Made by a program: the position numbers and the translations under genes
DNA from: the human T2T-CHM13v2.0 reference genome, Homo sapiens
Assembly (NCBI RefSeq): GCF_009914755.1
Contig: NC_060932.1
DNA length: 64,000 nucleotides
Reading direction: 5' to 3' (one strand)
Part shown: in pieces, positions 1 through 15,374 of the stretch
Layout: each line of letters starts with the position of its first letter
How positions within the stretch are numbered: the first letter of the stretch is position 1
The notes under the pieces: model-generated
Told to the model about the DNA's origin: nothing
What the model saw: the letters and a program-made list of their open reading frames with translations, nothing else
Databases searched by the model: none

Positions 1-739
1 AGTCAAGACCAAAACACCATATGAAAAACTTAAAAATATGCCAATATCGTAACAACAATAGGGAGCGAATTTCAACTTAAAAGATCTCCTGCTATGTGCC
101 AAACATAAAGCCATGATTACTATTTGTATTTAGTCAGTGGCATTTGCCACTTGGTTACCAATCTGTCAACAGTGCTTAATAGTTGAATTATAGTCAGGTA
201 AGAGATGACTCCTAACCCACTGAGATGTTAATAAAAAAGTATAGAGATTCATCTTCATTTTTACATTGTATTTATTTGGGGCTATGAGATAATTTTGATT
301 TGTCTTTGACATGAAGCATAAACTACCAATTTTAAAGTGGTCTCTATAGGGATTCTCATGCGGGCAATCAATGACATTTGGATCTCTCTAAAGAGGTAAC
401 AGTAAAACTTATTGTTTTCAAACCCTAAGTCATGAAACTCTATATAATATTTAAATTCTCTTACTGGGGCCCAATAAGTAAAATAGATAAAAGTGTAATG
501 CTTTGGTGAACTCTGATTGGAAAGTGCTCAAGACCCTCCCCAATATCAGACCTTCATCTCCACCCTCAACCACTCTCTCAAGAATAAGACTTGATGTATT
601 CCTCAGAACTCCATGGAACTTAATTATTTAATATGATCAATTACATAATTAACTGATTTTTAAATTTAAACTGAAAACCAATTGTTATCTGAGCTGCAAC
701 TATAGAGTGATTAATTTTTTAATAACAAGAATACTATGA

Positions 740-1200
740 TTTATACAATCCCATGAGTGCTGTTCACTTCAGTGTAGTCCAATTTGGAAACGAGGCACTT
801 ATTCCACTAATGATAACATTGTTCAAAATAGTTTCGAAATGTCTGTTTCAGTACTGTCCCTTACATGGTCTTCTAGATTCTGTCAATATTGTCCATTATA
901 AAATTTTGAAATCAAAGTTGATATTTTGTAATAATCAAAATCATTCAAAACAAAAACTGTTGATGGCTGTAAATGGTTTGGCAGAATAATACTGCTTTTT
1001 TACTTATTCATTTGTTTTAGTGAAACTTCCATGTGACTACAAAACATTAAGATTTCTTTGTGCTGCTTAAATACTTTTTTAAAAAGAAAAAAAAAAAACC
1101 AGAGGAAATGTAAAAGCAATGTAATTTTTAAAAAGAATAGAATTTTATAAAGTGGTTATTTTGAAGATGACAACTCTTTTGTGAATGTATAAATTCTTGG
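740..1200. mobile_element. Probable degraded MARNA-like (TcMar-Mariner) DNA transposon
   Basis: 'cacttattccactaatgataacattgttcaaaatagtttcgaa' (~797-839) and 'aagtggttattttgaagatgacaac' (~1150-1174) resemble the two ends of the MARNA consensus as I recall it. Boundaries are approximate. Confidence 0.45.
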
Positions 1201-1629
1201 TAAATAGCACCACTTTTAAATAAGAATTTTTCATATAGGAATAATCTCCTGCTAAAAATCTTGACAGCTCAGTGTTTTCCATTACAAATCAAGGGAAATT
1301 CTATCAGCTCTTTATTTATTATGAAAGTTTATGGTAAAAATTAATTGGCTAGTTTCTCCATGGAACATTAATGGCACTCAAAATATGCTATTTTAAAACA
1401 AGACATTATGATCGGAAAAAAACAATTAGAGGTATAAGGAGATGAGAAAGAATTTCAGCAAAACCACATTTGGATTGACTTTTAAAATATTTTTTCTTAC
1501 ATTTTAATAATATTTAATAAGGGTTATTTGAAGATGATGATTTTAAGGAGTAACACAAATTTTCATAAGATGATAAAATACAGAGCAGAAGAGTCAGCCT
1601 GGGAAAGTCTGACTGTATATTGGGAGGTC

Positions 1630-1855
1630 ACTAAGACTGAAATTCAATTAAATACTTGAGGCTGTCTGCCATGCTCCAAACACTTGCACAAACTGTCAGT
1701 CATTTAATCTTCAAGGCAATCTTTCGAGGTACATAATATTACCTTTGTGTTAGAAATGAAAGAAACAAGACTTACAGATGTAAAATTATTTGCCCACAAC
1801 TTCTGATGAAACTGTCTTCTAGCTCTAAACCCAATGCCCTTTCTATTACTTCATT
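1630..1855 (-). mobile_element. MIR SINE remnant
   Basis: MIR core-like 'catttaatcttcaaggcaatc...tagaaatgaaagaaacaagacttacagatgtaaaattatttgccca'. Confidence 0.55.
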
Positions 1856-2165
1856 TGAACTCGGGGGCTAAAGCCCACAAGCTAAGCATCATCAATCAGG
1901 GAAAATCAGGCAACAAGGGAATTCTAACAGATTAGAATACAAGATGAAGGTGGCCCCACGATCCAGTTACTTGGAGAGGAAGCACTGATGGAGATGTGAC
2001 TTCCTGGGTCTGAGTGAAATGTGTAATCAGTCAATTTATACAAAACGAGGAGGATCCAGTAATGGACACAGAGCTCATTGAGGTGAATAGGAGATCTGGA
2101 GGAAGAAAATAGAATGAAATTAGATATGACCCTTATCACCTAGCTCTTTATAAGAATACCCTTCC

Positions 2166-2466
2166 GGCCGGGCGCAGTGGCTCATGCCTGTATTCCCAGC
2201 ACTTTGGGAGGCCAAGGCCAGTGGATCACCTGAGGTCAGGAGTTTGAGACTAGTCTGGCCAACATAGTGAAACCCCATCTCTACTAAAAATACAAGTGGC
2301 ACGTGCCTGTAGTGTCAGCTACTCAGGAGGCTGAGGTGGGAAGATCACTTGAGCCCAGGAGGCGGAAGTTTCAGTGAGCCGAGATCATGCCACTGCACTC
2401 CAGCTCGGGCAACAGATCAAGATTCCATCTCAAAAAAAAAAAAAAAAAAAAAAGAGAGAGAGAGAG
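2166..2466 (+). mobile_element. AluS (AluSx-like) with a deletion at the monomer linker and an A/(GA)n tail
   Basis: Starts ggccgggcgcagtgg. The poly(A) tail is followed by (GA)n. A 13-bp TSD agaatacccttcc lies at 2153-2165 and 2467-2479. Confidence 0.97.
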
Positions 2467-3040
2467 AGAATACCCTTCCAAGTCTCAAATGTTTTTTCTA
2501 TAGACTCCTATGCTCTCTTGGGGAGACAGGAAAAGCATCCGGTAAGACATAACTACTTTCTTACGGCTTGAGCACTTCTGAGGGTAGAACAAGAACCTTG
2601 AACAAAAGCCATACCTTCACAACTTTTTCATGTCCATCTTGGCACACCACTCTGTTCCTAAAATCTTGCCTAGCAGAAACAAGCCACACCTGGTAGTGAT
2701 TTTGTACAACTCATTTATCCCAGGGTTGTTCAGCCAATGACTTGGTGAAAAGTAGTTTAGATAAATTAATGAATGCTAAATGTATAATGCATTATTACGA
2801 AACTAATATGTTATAAAGAAATACCTTCTCCTCTAATATTTAAATCATAGAAAAAGAGTAAACTAAGTTTGTTATACATCTATCATTTAATCACTGTAAT
2901 AACCACATAAGGTAGATATAAATAAACTTCCCCAGGTTCACAGAGGCAGTAGCACTGAGACTAGGATTTAGATACCATCTGCCAGGTTCATGCCCTGCTC
3001 TTTAGACTCTTTCTGCTTCAGACAAAAATTACTTCAACAT

Positions 3041-3042
<2 letters not shown>

Positions 3043-3084
<42 letters not shown>

Positions 3085-3088
3085 ACAC
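3043..3088. repeat. (CA)n microsatellite
   Basis: About 22 CA units with one interruption. Confidence 0.95.
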
Positions 3089-3330
3089 TCCACAGCTCTT
3101 GGCTGCCAATATCAAGATAATAAATCATCTAACTGTATAGGCTATTGGTCTTCCATTGTGAAACAATTTTAAGTTCTCAGATTTTACTTGCAAATCCACT
3201 ATGAGATTCTTCTGTATTCTGTAATTTGCAGTATGTATTTTGAAGCTAGTCTAAACATACAAAAGTGCTTATCTGAAAAATTTCTACAATGGCACTATTA
3301 CTAAATGTAATTACACATTTTATTACCTTC

Positions 3331-3669
3331 TGCTGTGATCTGAATGTTTGTCTCTTCCATAACTCATGTTGAAATTTAATTGCCATTGTAACAGTATTAA
3401 GAGACCAGATATTTAAAAGGTAATGAGGCCATGAGGGCTCCATCCTCAGGACGGGATTCGTGCCCTTATAAGAAGATGAGTTTGGCCCCCTCTTGCTCTC
3501 TCTTGCCCTTTTTCCACCCACCATGAGATGACACAGCAAGAAGGTCCTTGACAGATGTCTCTCAATTTTGTAATTTCCAGTTTGAAGAACTGTGGGCCAA
3601 TAAATTTCTGTAAGTATAAATTATTCAGTGTCAGATATTCTCTTGTAGCAGAAAAATTGGACTAAGATG
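3331..3669 (+). mobile_element. MaLR solo LTR (MSTD/MLT1A-type)
   Basis: Starts tgctgtgatctgaatgttt, has aataaa at ~3599 and ends ggactaagatg. The 5-bp TSD matches 4/5 (ccttc/ccctc). Confidence 0.85.
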
Positions 3670-3858
3670 CCCTCCCCCAAGATACCTCACCATGCCTTAA
3701 GAATTCCACTGATACCACAATCCAAATGAAAGTGCCTCTCTGAAATAGACCAAGGGTAGCATTCTAGGTTTCTAAAGAAAGCTTGGAGATACAATTTTAT
3801 TACAGCAAATTTATCATTATCGATCATTTTGTGAATGACTATTCTATTTTTATTTACT

Positions 3859-3920
3859 AATTTGAACCAATTAAAAAATTAATTTGTACCAATTAAATTT
3901 GTACCAATTAATTTGTACCA
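3859..3920. repeat. Short tandem repeat, ~14-15 bp unit aattaatttgtacc x3-4
   Basis: aattaatttgtacc-aattaaatttgtacc-aattaatttgtacc, plus a degenerate copy upstream. Confidence 0.85.
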
Positions 3921-4266
3921 GCTATAAATTGCATAACGACATTTCTGACAATGATGGGCTGCATATACGACAGTGGTCCCGTAAGATAATAATGGAGCAG
4001 AACAAATCTTATTGCTTAGTGACATCATTACTATTATAACATCGTAGTGCAATGCATTACTCACATATGTGCAGTAATGCTGGTGTAAACAAACCTACTA
4101 TGCTGTCAGTTATATAAAAGTATAGCACATAAATTATGTAGGGTACATAATATTAATAATAATAAGCAACTATGTGAGTGGCTTATGTATTTACTACAGT
4201 ATACTTTGTATCATTCTTTTAGAGTACTATATTATATATAGAGAGAGTATATATAGAGTATATATA

Positions 4267-4553
<287 letters not shown>

Positions 4554-4803
4554 TCAATTTGTATTTAAAAAGTTAACTGTAAAACAGCCTCAGACAGGTC
4601 CTTCATGAGTTATTCCAGAAGAAGGCATTGTTATTCTGGAAGATGACCATTCCACACATGCTATTATTTTTGAAGACCTCTCAGTGGGACAAGGGTGGAG
4701 GTAGAAGACAGTCATAGTAATGGCTCTGACCTGTGTATTCCTAGACTAATGCATGTGTTTGTGTCTTCATTTTTAACAAAAAAGTGTTAAAAAATTTAAT
4801 AGA

Positions 4804-5245
4804 CACTATTCACAATAGCAAAGTCTTGGAAACAACCCAAATGTCCAACAATGATAGACTGGATTAAGAAAATGTGGCACATATACACCATGGAATACTA
4901 TGCAGCCATAAAAAATGATGAGTTCATGTCCTTTGTAGGGACATGGATGAAATTGGAAATCATCATTCTCAGTAAACTATCGCAAGAACAAAAAACCAAA
5001 CACCGCATATTCTCACTCATAGGTGGGAATTGAACAATGAGATCACATGGACACAGGAAGGGGAACATCACACTCTGGGGACTGTTGTGGGGTGGGGGAA
5101 GGGGGGAGGGATAGCTTTGGGAGATATACCTAATGCTAGATGACGAGTTAGTGGGTGCAGCGCACCAGCATGGCACATGTATACATATGTAACTAACCTG
5201 CACAATGTGCACATGTACCCTAAAACTTCAAGTATAATAATAAAA
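4804..5245 (+). mobile_element. 5'-truncated young L1 (L1PA2/L1PA3-like), ORF2 end plus 3' UTR
   Basis: Encodes the ORF2p C-terminus (...KTKHRIFSLIGGN*), has the G-rich 3' UTR and GAG (non-Ta) diagnostic. A 17-bp TSD aaaaaatttaatagaca lies at 4789-4805 and 5246-5262, at a TT/AAAA endonuclease site. Confidence 0.97.
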
Positions 5246-5913
5246 AAAAAATTTAATAGACAAATGATGACAGGATAAGAATATAAAGAAAGAAAATATT
5301 TTGTATAGTTTTACAATGTGCTTGTGTTTTAAGCTGTTATTACAAAAAAGTCAAAAAGGTTTTAAACATTTAAAAGTTGTAGTCGCTAAGCCTAATTTAT
5401 TATTAAAGAAAAATTTTTTAAAATAAATTTAGCGTAGTCTAAGTGTATAGTGTTTATAAAGTCCACAATGGCGTACAGTAAAGTCATAAGCCTTTACATC
5501 CACTCACCACCCACTGACTCACCCAGAGCAACTTTCAGTCCTGCAAACTCCATTCATGGTAAGTACCCTATATGAGTGGACCATTTTATGCCATATTTTT
5601 ATGGTACCTTTTCTATGTTTAGATATATTTAGACACACAAATACCATTATGTTACATTTGCCTACAGTGTTCAGTATAGTAACATGCTGTACAGGTTTGT
5701 AGCTTAACAGCAATAGGCTATAGCATATACCCTAGGTGTATAGTAGGCTATACCATCTAGGTTTGTGTAAGTACACCCTATGATGGTCACACAATGACAA
5801 AATCACCTAAAAATGCATTCCTCAGACTATATCTCCATTGTTCAGCAACACATAACTGTGCCACCATAAAATAAAGAAACTCCATCATAATGTCATATTC
5901 TCTGTTTGCTCTT

Positions 5914-6350
5914 TGATATGGTTTGAATATTTGTCCCCTTCAAATCTCATGTTAAAATATAACCCCCATTGTTGGAGATGGGGCCTGGCAGGAGGTGTTT
6001 GGATCATGGGGATGGATCCTCATGAACAGCTTAGCACCCTCATGAAGAGCTTAGCATCCCCTTGGTGATGAGTGAGTTCTTGCTCTGAGTTCACATGAGA
6101 TCTGGTTGTTTAAAAGAGAGTAGCACCTGCCCGCCCTCTCTCTTGCTCCTGCTCGCACCACGTGATGTGCTTGCTCCCACTTCGCCTTCCACCATGATTG
6201 TAAGCTCCTGAGGCCCTCACCAGAAGCCAAGCAGATGCTGGTGCCATGCTTGTATAGTCTGCAGAAGTGTGAGCCAATTAAACTTCTTTTCTTTATAAAT
6301 TACCCAGCCTCGAGTGTTTCTTTACAGCAATGCAAAAATGGACCAGTACC
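5914..6350 (+). mobile_element. MSTA/MSTB MaLR solo LTR
   Basis: Starts tgatatggtttg, has attaaa poly(A) signal, and a perfect 5-bp TSD ctctt (5909-5913, 6351-6355). Confidence 0.92.
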
Positions 6351-6539
6351 CTCTTCATATTTGGAAAGTCTGGTTTGAATCAATGAGAGGAGTCCATGAT
6401 GACGTTGTACTCAATATTTAATCTCTTTGAATCTTTAATTCTCTTTCTTCCTTAATATCTTTTCCCCAGCTTGTATGTGATTCTCCTTACTACATGATGT
6501 GCAATTTTCTTTCACATTTCCAGTCACAGTTTGTAATGT

Positions 6540-6680
6540 TATTTTTTGTGTAATTATTTGATTAGTGTCATTCTCCCCTACTAGACCAGAAGTGCATAAG
6601 AATATTGACTGTTTGTACCCCAGCGCCTTCTTGCTCAGTGGTTCAATAAGTAAATATTCATTGATAAATAAATGAATAAA
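6540..6680 (+). mobile_element. L2 3' end remnant
   Basis: 'ctcccctactagac...tcaataagtaaatattcattgataaataaatgaataa' resembles the L2 tail. Confidence 0.55.
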
Positions 6681-9600
6681 CCTACTCCTCAGGATTATTT
6701 ATTGTGAGATTTTTTTAAAGATGCTAATTTTTTTCAACTGGAAAAAATGCTTTATAAATGTAAACTCTTATTGATCTACTGTTCTTATTTTTTTAATCAA
6801 TATTCAAATTAAGGGAAAGTGATACTATATGTAACTGTCAGACTGGAAAGTTTCCCAAAGTTTTGGGCTTTATAGCATTGGCAATTGGCAAAAGCTTCAT
6901 CACCTCTGTGGGAGAGAAAAAGAAAAAGGAGTGATTCACCTCTCGTATTACCTCTGGGGGACAAGCAACTCACATAATTGCTCTAGTAGTAGGGAAGAGA
7001 GGGAGAAAAAGCAATTTCAAAAACATGAGACTGGTCATACAATACCAATATCTTTTGGAGATTTCTGGAAGTATTCCGATTTTTAGGGGTGCTATTTAAT
7101 GTGCTATAATATTCAAATTCACTGAGGACATTATACTAGAGTGTAAACGTTTTGTAATCTATAATTTATTTTTTTAAACCCATCCATCTAAGCTCTCTAC
7201 AGGAAGAATAATTCCATGTCTTAAAGAAAATCTAACTACAAAAGTCACAAAGACTTTGGCAATAATCACCTCAATTATTCCAGCTAGCATTGTTATAAAG
7301 TAGGGCACAGAGAACTACAAACAAATGCATGGCACTCAATCCGAGCTGGGAGGAACTATTGCACAACTGGGTTATGTTCAGAAACTGGTTGAAAACTGTG
7401 TGAGCATCGAGCCATGAAGATTTTACCTCCTGGGTTCCCACCTCTGCTTAATAGTGTTAACATGCCCAACTTCAAGACGGGCTGTTAATTTTGATTAGGG
7501 CTCGTACTCCCAGTCAAGCAAGGGCACAGAAGAATGTGAGAGGTCAGATAAGAGAACCAACCCTGTAATCTATTTCCACTAGCACAGTGGAGGGGTTGTG
7601 ATTTTGGAGTCTATTAGGAGATACCTTTGTGGTCTCCTTGGTGAAGGGAATTCCCAGAAAAAGCCAACTCTGAATATGCATGTCTGGAGGCAGCATGTTT
7701 AATCATCACATTGCACATTGGAAGAGATCAAACCAGCACAATGTGCTTATGCTGAAAACAGATGATGTGTTCCTTTTCCCTATCCAGGATGCAAATTGCT
7801 TCTGCAAAGAGCTGACTTCATTATAAAGAACTGATACTGCCTGAGTTTGAGAGGACTATCACCAAGGGGCAGTGACCTTCTGGCTGATCTGAATATCAGC
7901 TTATCTTGGTGCTGAATAATGCATAGCTATATTTATGTTCTCATTTAAATATCGCTTAATATTTAACTTTCTATTGCCCATTCACTGTGTTTTAATGAGT
8001 TATTCCAAAATAGTACAGACAACATGGGTACTATAAATGCAGTCATGTTGAGGTTTTGGTTTTCTTAGGAAGATTATATCAACCTCAGTCATCGGGAAAG
8101 AGTTGTCCTGGAATCTGGGGCATGCTACCTCATCAACTCTTGATCAATCTTAAAAGATTTTTGAAGTATTTGTTCTGGGGAGACGTGAGGACATTTCATC
8201 TTTGTCAAAAACAGCCATAGTAATTAGGAAATGAACTAAGTTTTAAGAAGATCATTTAAAACTTCAATCATGTTAATGGGATTTTTAAGAACTCAATAAA
8301 GACGTCATTCTGATTTAATTGCGCTGGCTATTGGTTTATTAAACACTTCATTATTTGTCCCTTTATACACCATAGATGAATTCTAATTGACAACAAACGT
8401 CCAAAATGAAGAACAAATTGAAAACTCAGGATTTCTAAGCACCCAATGTTGGAGCAAAGAAGATGACAAAAATTCTATGTGATTTACTCTCCCATTTTTT
8501 TTCAAACAGATGCTTCATTTTGAAAATTATGAATATGAAATTATATTCATAGTTTCAGAATAACCTTAGACATTCCATACATATATTTTATATAGTGCCA
8601 TTTGCACTGGACTTGGAGCACAAAAACATCAGTAAATCTTGTTTCTATCCTAAGTATGGGCATAGATGATTCAACCTCTGGATGCCAGTTCGCTCTACTG
8701 TAAGATGGAAGTGTTGAGTTGGGTGTTCATCCTGCTTCTTCTCTCTGCGTATTACTCGTAGCATTTCTTTTAGGTAGATGTAGAACCATGTCTACCTCTC
8801 ATAACTCAGAGTCTCAGGGATAGACTCAAGGTCACATATATTCTGAGGAAGCAGCCAGGCTTTGAAGATATTATGACTATTAATAACCAAATCATGCTTC
8901 CTCTCTTAAAAATAGTAGAGGGAAGGAAAATGCTGCATCTACGTTGATGAGTAAAAGAACACCCACAATTAACTCAGTACAATTCAAGACTACCCAAATT
9001 CTGATTCTATCTTCCTTAAAAATTGTAAGGCAGAAATACAAAGAGATTTTAAATTATAGCTGGCAAGATTGTTAAAAATTGAACTTTTAAAAGTCTAAAT
9101 CATATTTGGACAAAATTATTGACATAACTAATCATTCATTTTAGAGAAAAATCACACCAAAATATGATTTAATTGCAAAGACAACCAGCACCATACTTAT
9201 GTTAAGAAAAAACAACAAATAATGTGTCTCCTACTCCCAGCATAGGCCTTTTTATTTACAAAATTAATTATGACAATGAGATTCAGAGGTTTCAAATGCA
9301 GACTGCTGCACCATACTTTGGTAGTGCAATAACAACAATTATATTTGGAAGCTTTTAAATTAAAAATGTAAAAGCCTCCTATTTATCTTTTTGCCTTAAT
9401 TAGTTGCTAAGCAAGTACCATGCTGAAGGTTGCATTCATGACAAAAGCTGGTGGTTGCAAATCAGTGTTCTCTGAAGGATTCGCCGCAATTCTTTAAATG
9501 AGATGTCGTAAATGTCCCATAACAATGCATTTAGTTTCAATTTAATATAATCACTTTTATATGTTAAACAGTAAAAAATGAATTCAGTGCCTACATAGGC

Positions 9601-10069
9601 CTCTAAACTGTCAGTTTGCCTCCTAATCCTCCCACCAGCCTCTCTAAAATTAAAAAAAAATAAAGCATTTGGGGAATATATAAAACTAGCATGCCGCACA
9701 TTACTATTATACTTCCGGTACTATAGCCGCAAATGTCTTCTCTGAGCAAAGGATGATTTATCTAAGGTGAATAAAGAATACACAGTTTGGCTAATGAATT
9801 TAAAACATGAAATAATAGTTATAGTGAAAAAAACAAAGCTAAAATAACTGATTAGTATGCCTGGGAGTGGCAATAATATATATGAGACCAATGTTGAGGA
9901 TATTTTTTCCTTCCCTTATATACTGTCTGGGGGAAATGGCAGTACATGAGTTAAATCTCAAGTCCCAAACTGTCACTACGGCCTCTGCAGCGGCTAATAT
10001 AATAATTCCATTGAGGTCTTAGTTCTTGCCCTCAAAGTGGTTTAAAAGGTTCCACTTTTTAAAAATAAT

Positions 10070-10250
10070 TACCGCTAACGTGGCAGGCCCTCTGCTAGGT
10101 GCTTTATACGATCTTAACAACCCCCAAATTCGTTTCAAATTAGCTCTATTTTAAAGATGAAGAAATCTAGGTTCAGGCTAAGGATCCCAGAGCAAGTAAA
10201 TTACAGAGTCTGTGTTTGAATACAAGTCAGCTTAACTCCACAGACCATGC
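10070..10250 (-). mobile_element. MIR remnant
   Basis: 'ctattttaaagatgaagaaatctaggttcagg' MIR core. Confidence 0.55.
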
Positions 10251-10863
10251 GTTTTCCACAACCTGCACTGTACCCAAATGCTAAAGAACGGTTTGGGCAT
10301 TCTGCCTCACGATGTCCTCCTGTACCTGAATGCTGAGGAGTATGAATCATACGCTTACCTTGACTGAGTGTTGTGTATGCATCCACATAGATTGCACTTT
10401 TCAACCTGTCTACATAGTGCCATGATGTGTTTTCTTTCACAAAGAGAAAGGAAACCCCTGAAAAAGAAACTCGCCTCTACTTCGTCATCTTTCCTCTAAT
10501 GTGCCTGTTATAGTGTCTCCCACTCTCTGGGCCAACCTGCTTGGAAGAAGCATCTCTTCTCATGGCAATCTGGACTCCATCCTGACTTGCTGGGCTCATT
10601 TTCTAATTGCCAAAGCCACTGACATGCTTCATTTGTCCTTTCTGGAGTGTTTAACACTGATGGTCATTAGCTCTTCACAGAACGTTCCTCTGGTTTCTGA
10701 TTTTCCTCCTTCTTCTCTGGCTGCCACCTCTCACCGTTTACAATAGGCTTCTTTTCTTCTATCTACCTTTAAAATGCTACTGGCTCTGGAGTTTTCATTC
10801 CGAAACTTTGTATATACTCTATATACTCAACCTGAGTGATATCATCTAAACACTGAGGGTTCT

Positions 10864-11257
10864 TGTTGGGAGGATATTCTCCATAAGCCTCTCATATTCT
10901 TTCATGTCTTATGAAGAGTGGTACTCACCTCCCTTTGTATAAAACCATCCTTTTAACAGTGACCAGCCTTGGAACGTAGATACAGTGTCTCCTTCTACAT
11001 AAAGATTTAGGCTCCCTAAGCTCGGGTTTCTACTCCTGAGATGCAACCCACCGACTGTATAGCTGCCATCTGGTATGCTTTAAGTTATCCCATGATGGTA
11101 CTCTGGCTACTGCTATTGTGTGAGTAATAAACTACCCTTCATTTGGACTCAGGAGTTTCATGTCTTCTATCAGCATCCATGACCCTTGAAATTGTGACAA
11201 ACTAACTTATTAATTTTAAAGTAAGATAAAATATCGGGCCCTTCACAGTATTTAACA
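10864..11257 (+). mobile_element. LTR40-like ERVL solo LTR
   Basis: TG...CA ends. The start tgttgggaggatattctccata and internal 'cagccttggaacgtagatacagtgtctcc' match the LTR40 consensus as I recall it. aataaa at ~11126. Confidence 0.7.
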
Positions 11258-11332
11258 ATACCCTATACTAGTTAGGACACCACAGATTGTAAATAGAAGA
11301 ATGGAAAGAAAGAGGAATGACAGAACAAAAGA

Positions 11333-11535
11333 ATATATACATACATATATATATACACACACACATATATACATACACACACAAAAGTATATACATGTAT
11401 ATGTATGTGTATATACCTATATATTCTTATATATATCATCTATTTATCTATATATATAGATATAGATATCTGAGAGAGAGGAAGGAAGTAAGGAAGGAAG
11501 GAAGGAAGGAAAGAAGGAAGGAAGGAAGGAAAGAG
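11333..11535. repeat. (TA)/(CA)-rich low-complexity tract followed by (GGAA)n
   Basis: Directly visible. Confidence 0.9.
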
Positions 11536-11544
11536 GGACGTAGT

Positions 11545-11745
11545 AGGAAGAGCCACCTTTGGGGAATGTGCCAGATTGGTTTAGGCTAATCAGGTCACAG
11601 TCCTAGACCTTGGAGTACTGTCAACTTCCTCCAAAGACATGGACTGGATGGGGAAAGGATGGCCACCCGAAATAAAATCTGAGTGTTGTTATTAAGAAAG
11701 AAGAGGGAATTGATGCTGGTTAGGCCATTACCAAATGTCTGTTGC
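11545..11745 (-). mobile_element. Old MLT1 (MLT1K/L/J-type) LTR remnant
   Basis: 'aaaatctgagtgttgttattaagaaagaagagggaattgatgctggttaggc' resembles an MLT1K/L terminus. Confidence 0.5.
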
Positions 11746-11749
11746 ACTC

Positions 11750-12700
11750 CTGAATGTATACCCTTGACTCTATTTGCATTCCAAACCAATTTTTAAAATT
11801 GTTTCATGAACTCCTCCATCTGGCTTTCTCGTCGGCATCTAAAACATGGCATGCCTATGCTCATTATCTTTCTTTTTCTGAATTATCTACCTCAGTAAAT
11901 AGCACAATCATCTACACAGTCAACCAACCCCAAAATATGAAAGTCATCCTAATTTTCTGCATGCCTCCTACCCCTACATCTAATCAATTACTAACTCCAT
12001 TTGCTTCTATTTCTAAGTAATTCTTTAAATTATCCTCTTTTTTACATTCCCACCAGAATTTCCTTGATTCAAGCCATCACTGCTCTTCCTGTATTACCAC
12101 AATGCTATTTTAACTGGCATTCCTGCTTTCAAGTTTGCCTGCCACTAAACTATCATGCACTATCCACAATACTGTTAGATTTGTTTTGGAAAATAGAAAC
12201 TTTAATTGGTCTGAACCATATTTAAAATGGTCTCATGCCATCAGATGAAGACAAACTTTTTAATGTGTCCCTTCATAATCTAGCCTCAACATCTGTTCCA
12301 CTCCAACCGTTCTATACAAAGTTTTGCAAATATACCCTTCTCATTCATGCCAACTTGACTCAGGCTGTCTCCTCTGCCTGAAATACTCACCCCTCCAACA
12401 AAGTCTGAGTAATTCCCACTTAGCTGGTCTCCAGAATGAATTCAAGCTCCAAGCAGCACTTTATTTGCTGATTTCAGCTGAGACAGCTAAGGGGCCCCTT
12501 TTCTGTATCTTTGCTGTCAGAACCCGAAGCTTCCAGCATGTGCTTCTTTTGAAGTACTTCCATCACTGCATTGTCATCAGTGACTTCCTTTTCTTTCTCT
12601 CTCTTCTAATAGATTATGAGGTCCTTGGTGAAAGAAGTCAGTCTTGAGCACCCGTCATCCATCATACAGCTGACCCAAAATGGAGACTCGTTATCATTGA
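11750..12700 (+). mobile_element. L2 remnant (probably continuous with ~10500-10850)
   Basis: Pyrimidine-rich L2-like body ending 'ctagattatgaggtccttg...cattgaatgctgaatg'. Confidence 0.5.
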
Positions 12701-13345
12701 ATGCTGAATGATCATATTAAGATTCTGCAATGAATGCAGAGTTAAGATTCAGTTTTGCAGGATAGCCATACTGGCTGTCTGCAGTGCCTGTATTATAGCA
12801 ATTGCTAAATATTTTAAATTTCACTCCTTAGTTCATGAATATTATTCCTGTAAATGTCATTTGACTTGTAGAACTGCTAATGCTGTGTGTTAACAACTTG
12901 TATTAATGCCCGCTTCTAGAGATTGATTCTTGATGATGTCAAATGAATTAGCGCTATGTATGTGTGATTTTAATGCATTCAGGATTGTGCTCTATTGCTC
13001 CACCCACAACAATCAGCTACATATTGCCAACTGGAGTAATGTAACAGTTTCCTAACGTGAACAGGCAAAGTGGTTGATCGATCTGACCAGCAGATGTACT
13101 CAGGGAGTCCAGAAACACTGTTATCACCATCTACATACTGACCGGGACTCATTCTTTTAAGAGAACAAATTTTAGAATATATTTATACTAATCCTATTGC
13201 TATTCCTAAATACATAATAAAAACAAGTATTACAATAGCTAATATTTATTGTACATTTACTACCAGTCACAGTGTTAAGCATTTTGCCTTCAGTATTTTT
13301 ATTATTTCATTTAATTTTCTCAAGATGACTGAAGTATTTTCATCA

Positions 13346-15374
<2,029 letters not shown>

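Noticed and set aside
5088-5110. G-quadruplex motif (also ~15198-15219)
   Set aside because: This is the ordinary G-rich tract of the L1 3' UTR.
12857-12946. 9-bp inverted repeat tcatttgac / gtcaaatga as a possible RNA hairpin
   Set aside because: It does not extend in either direction and is expected by chance.
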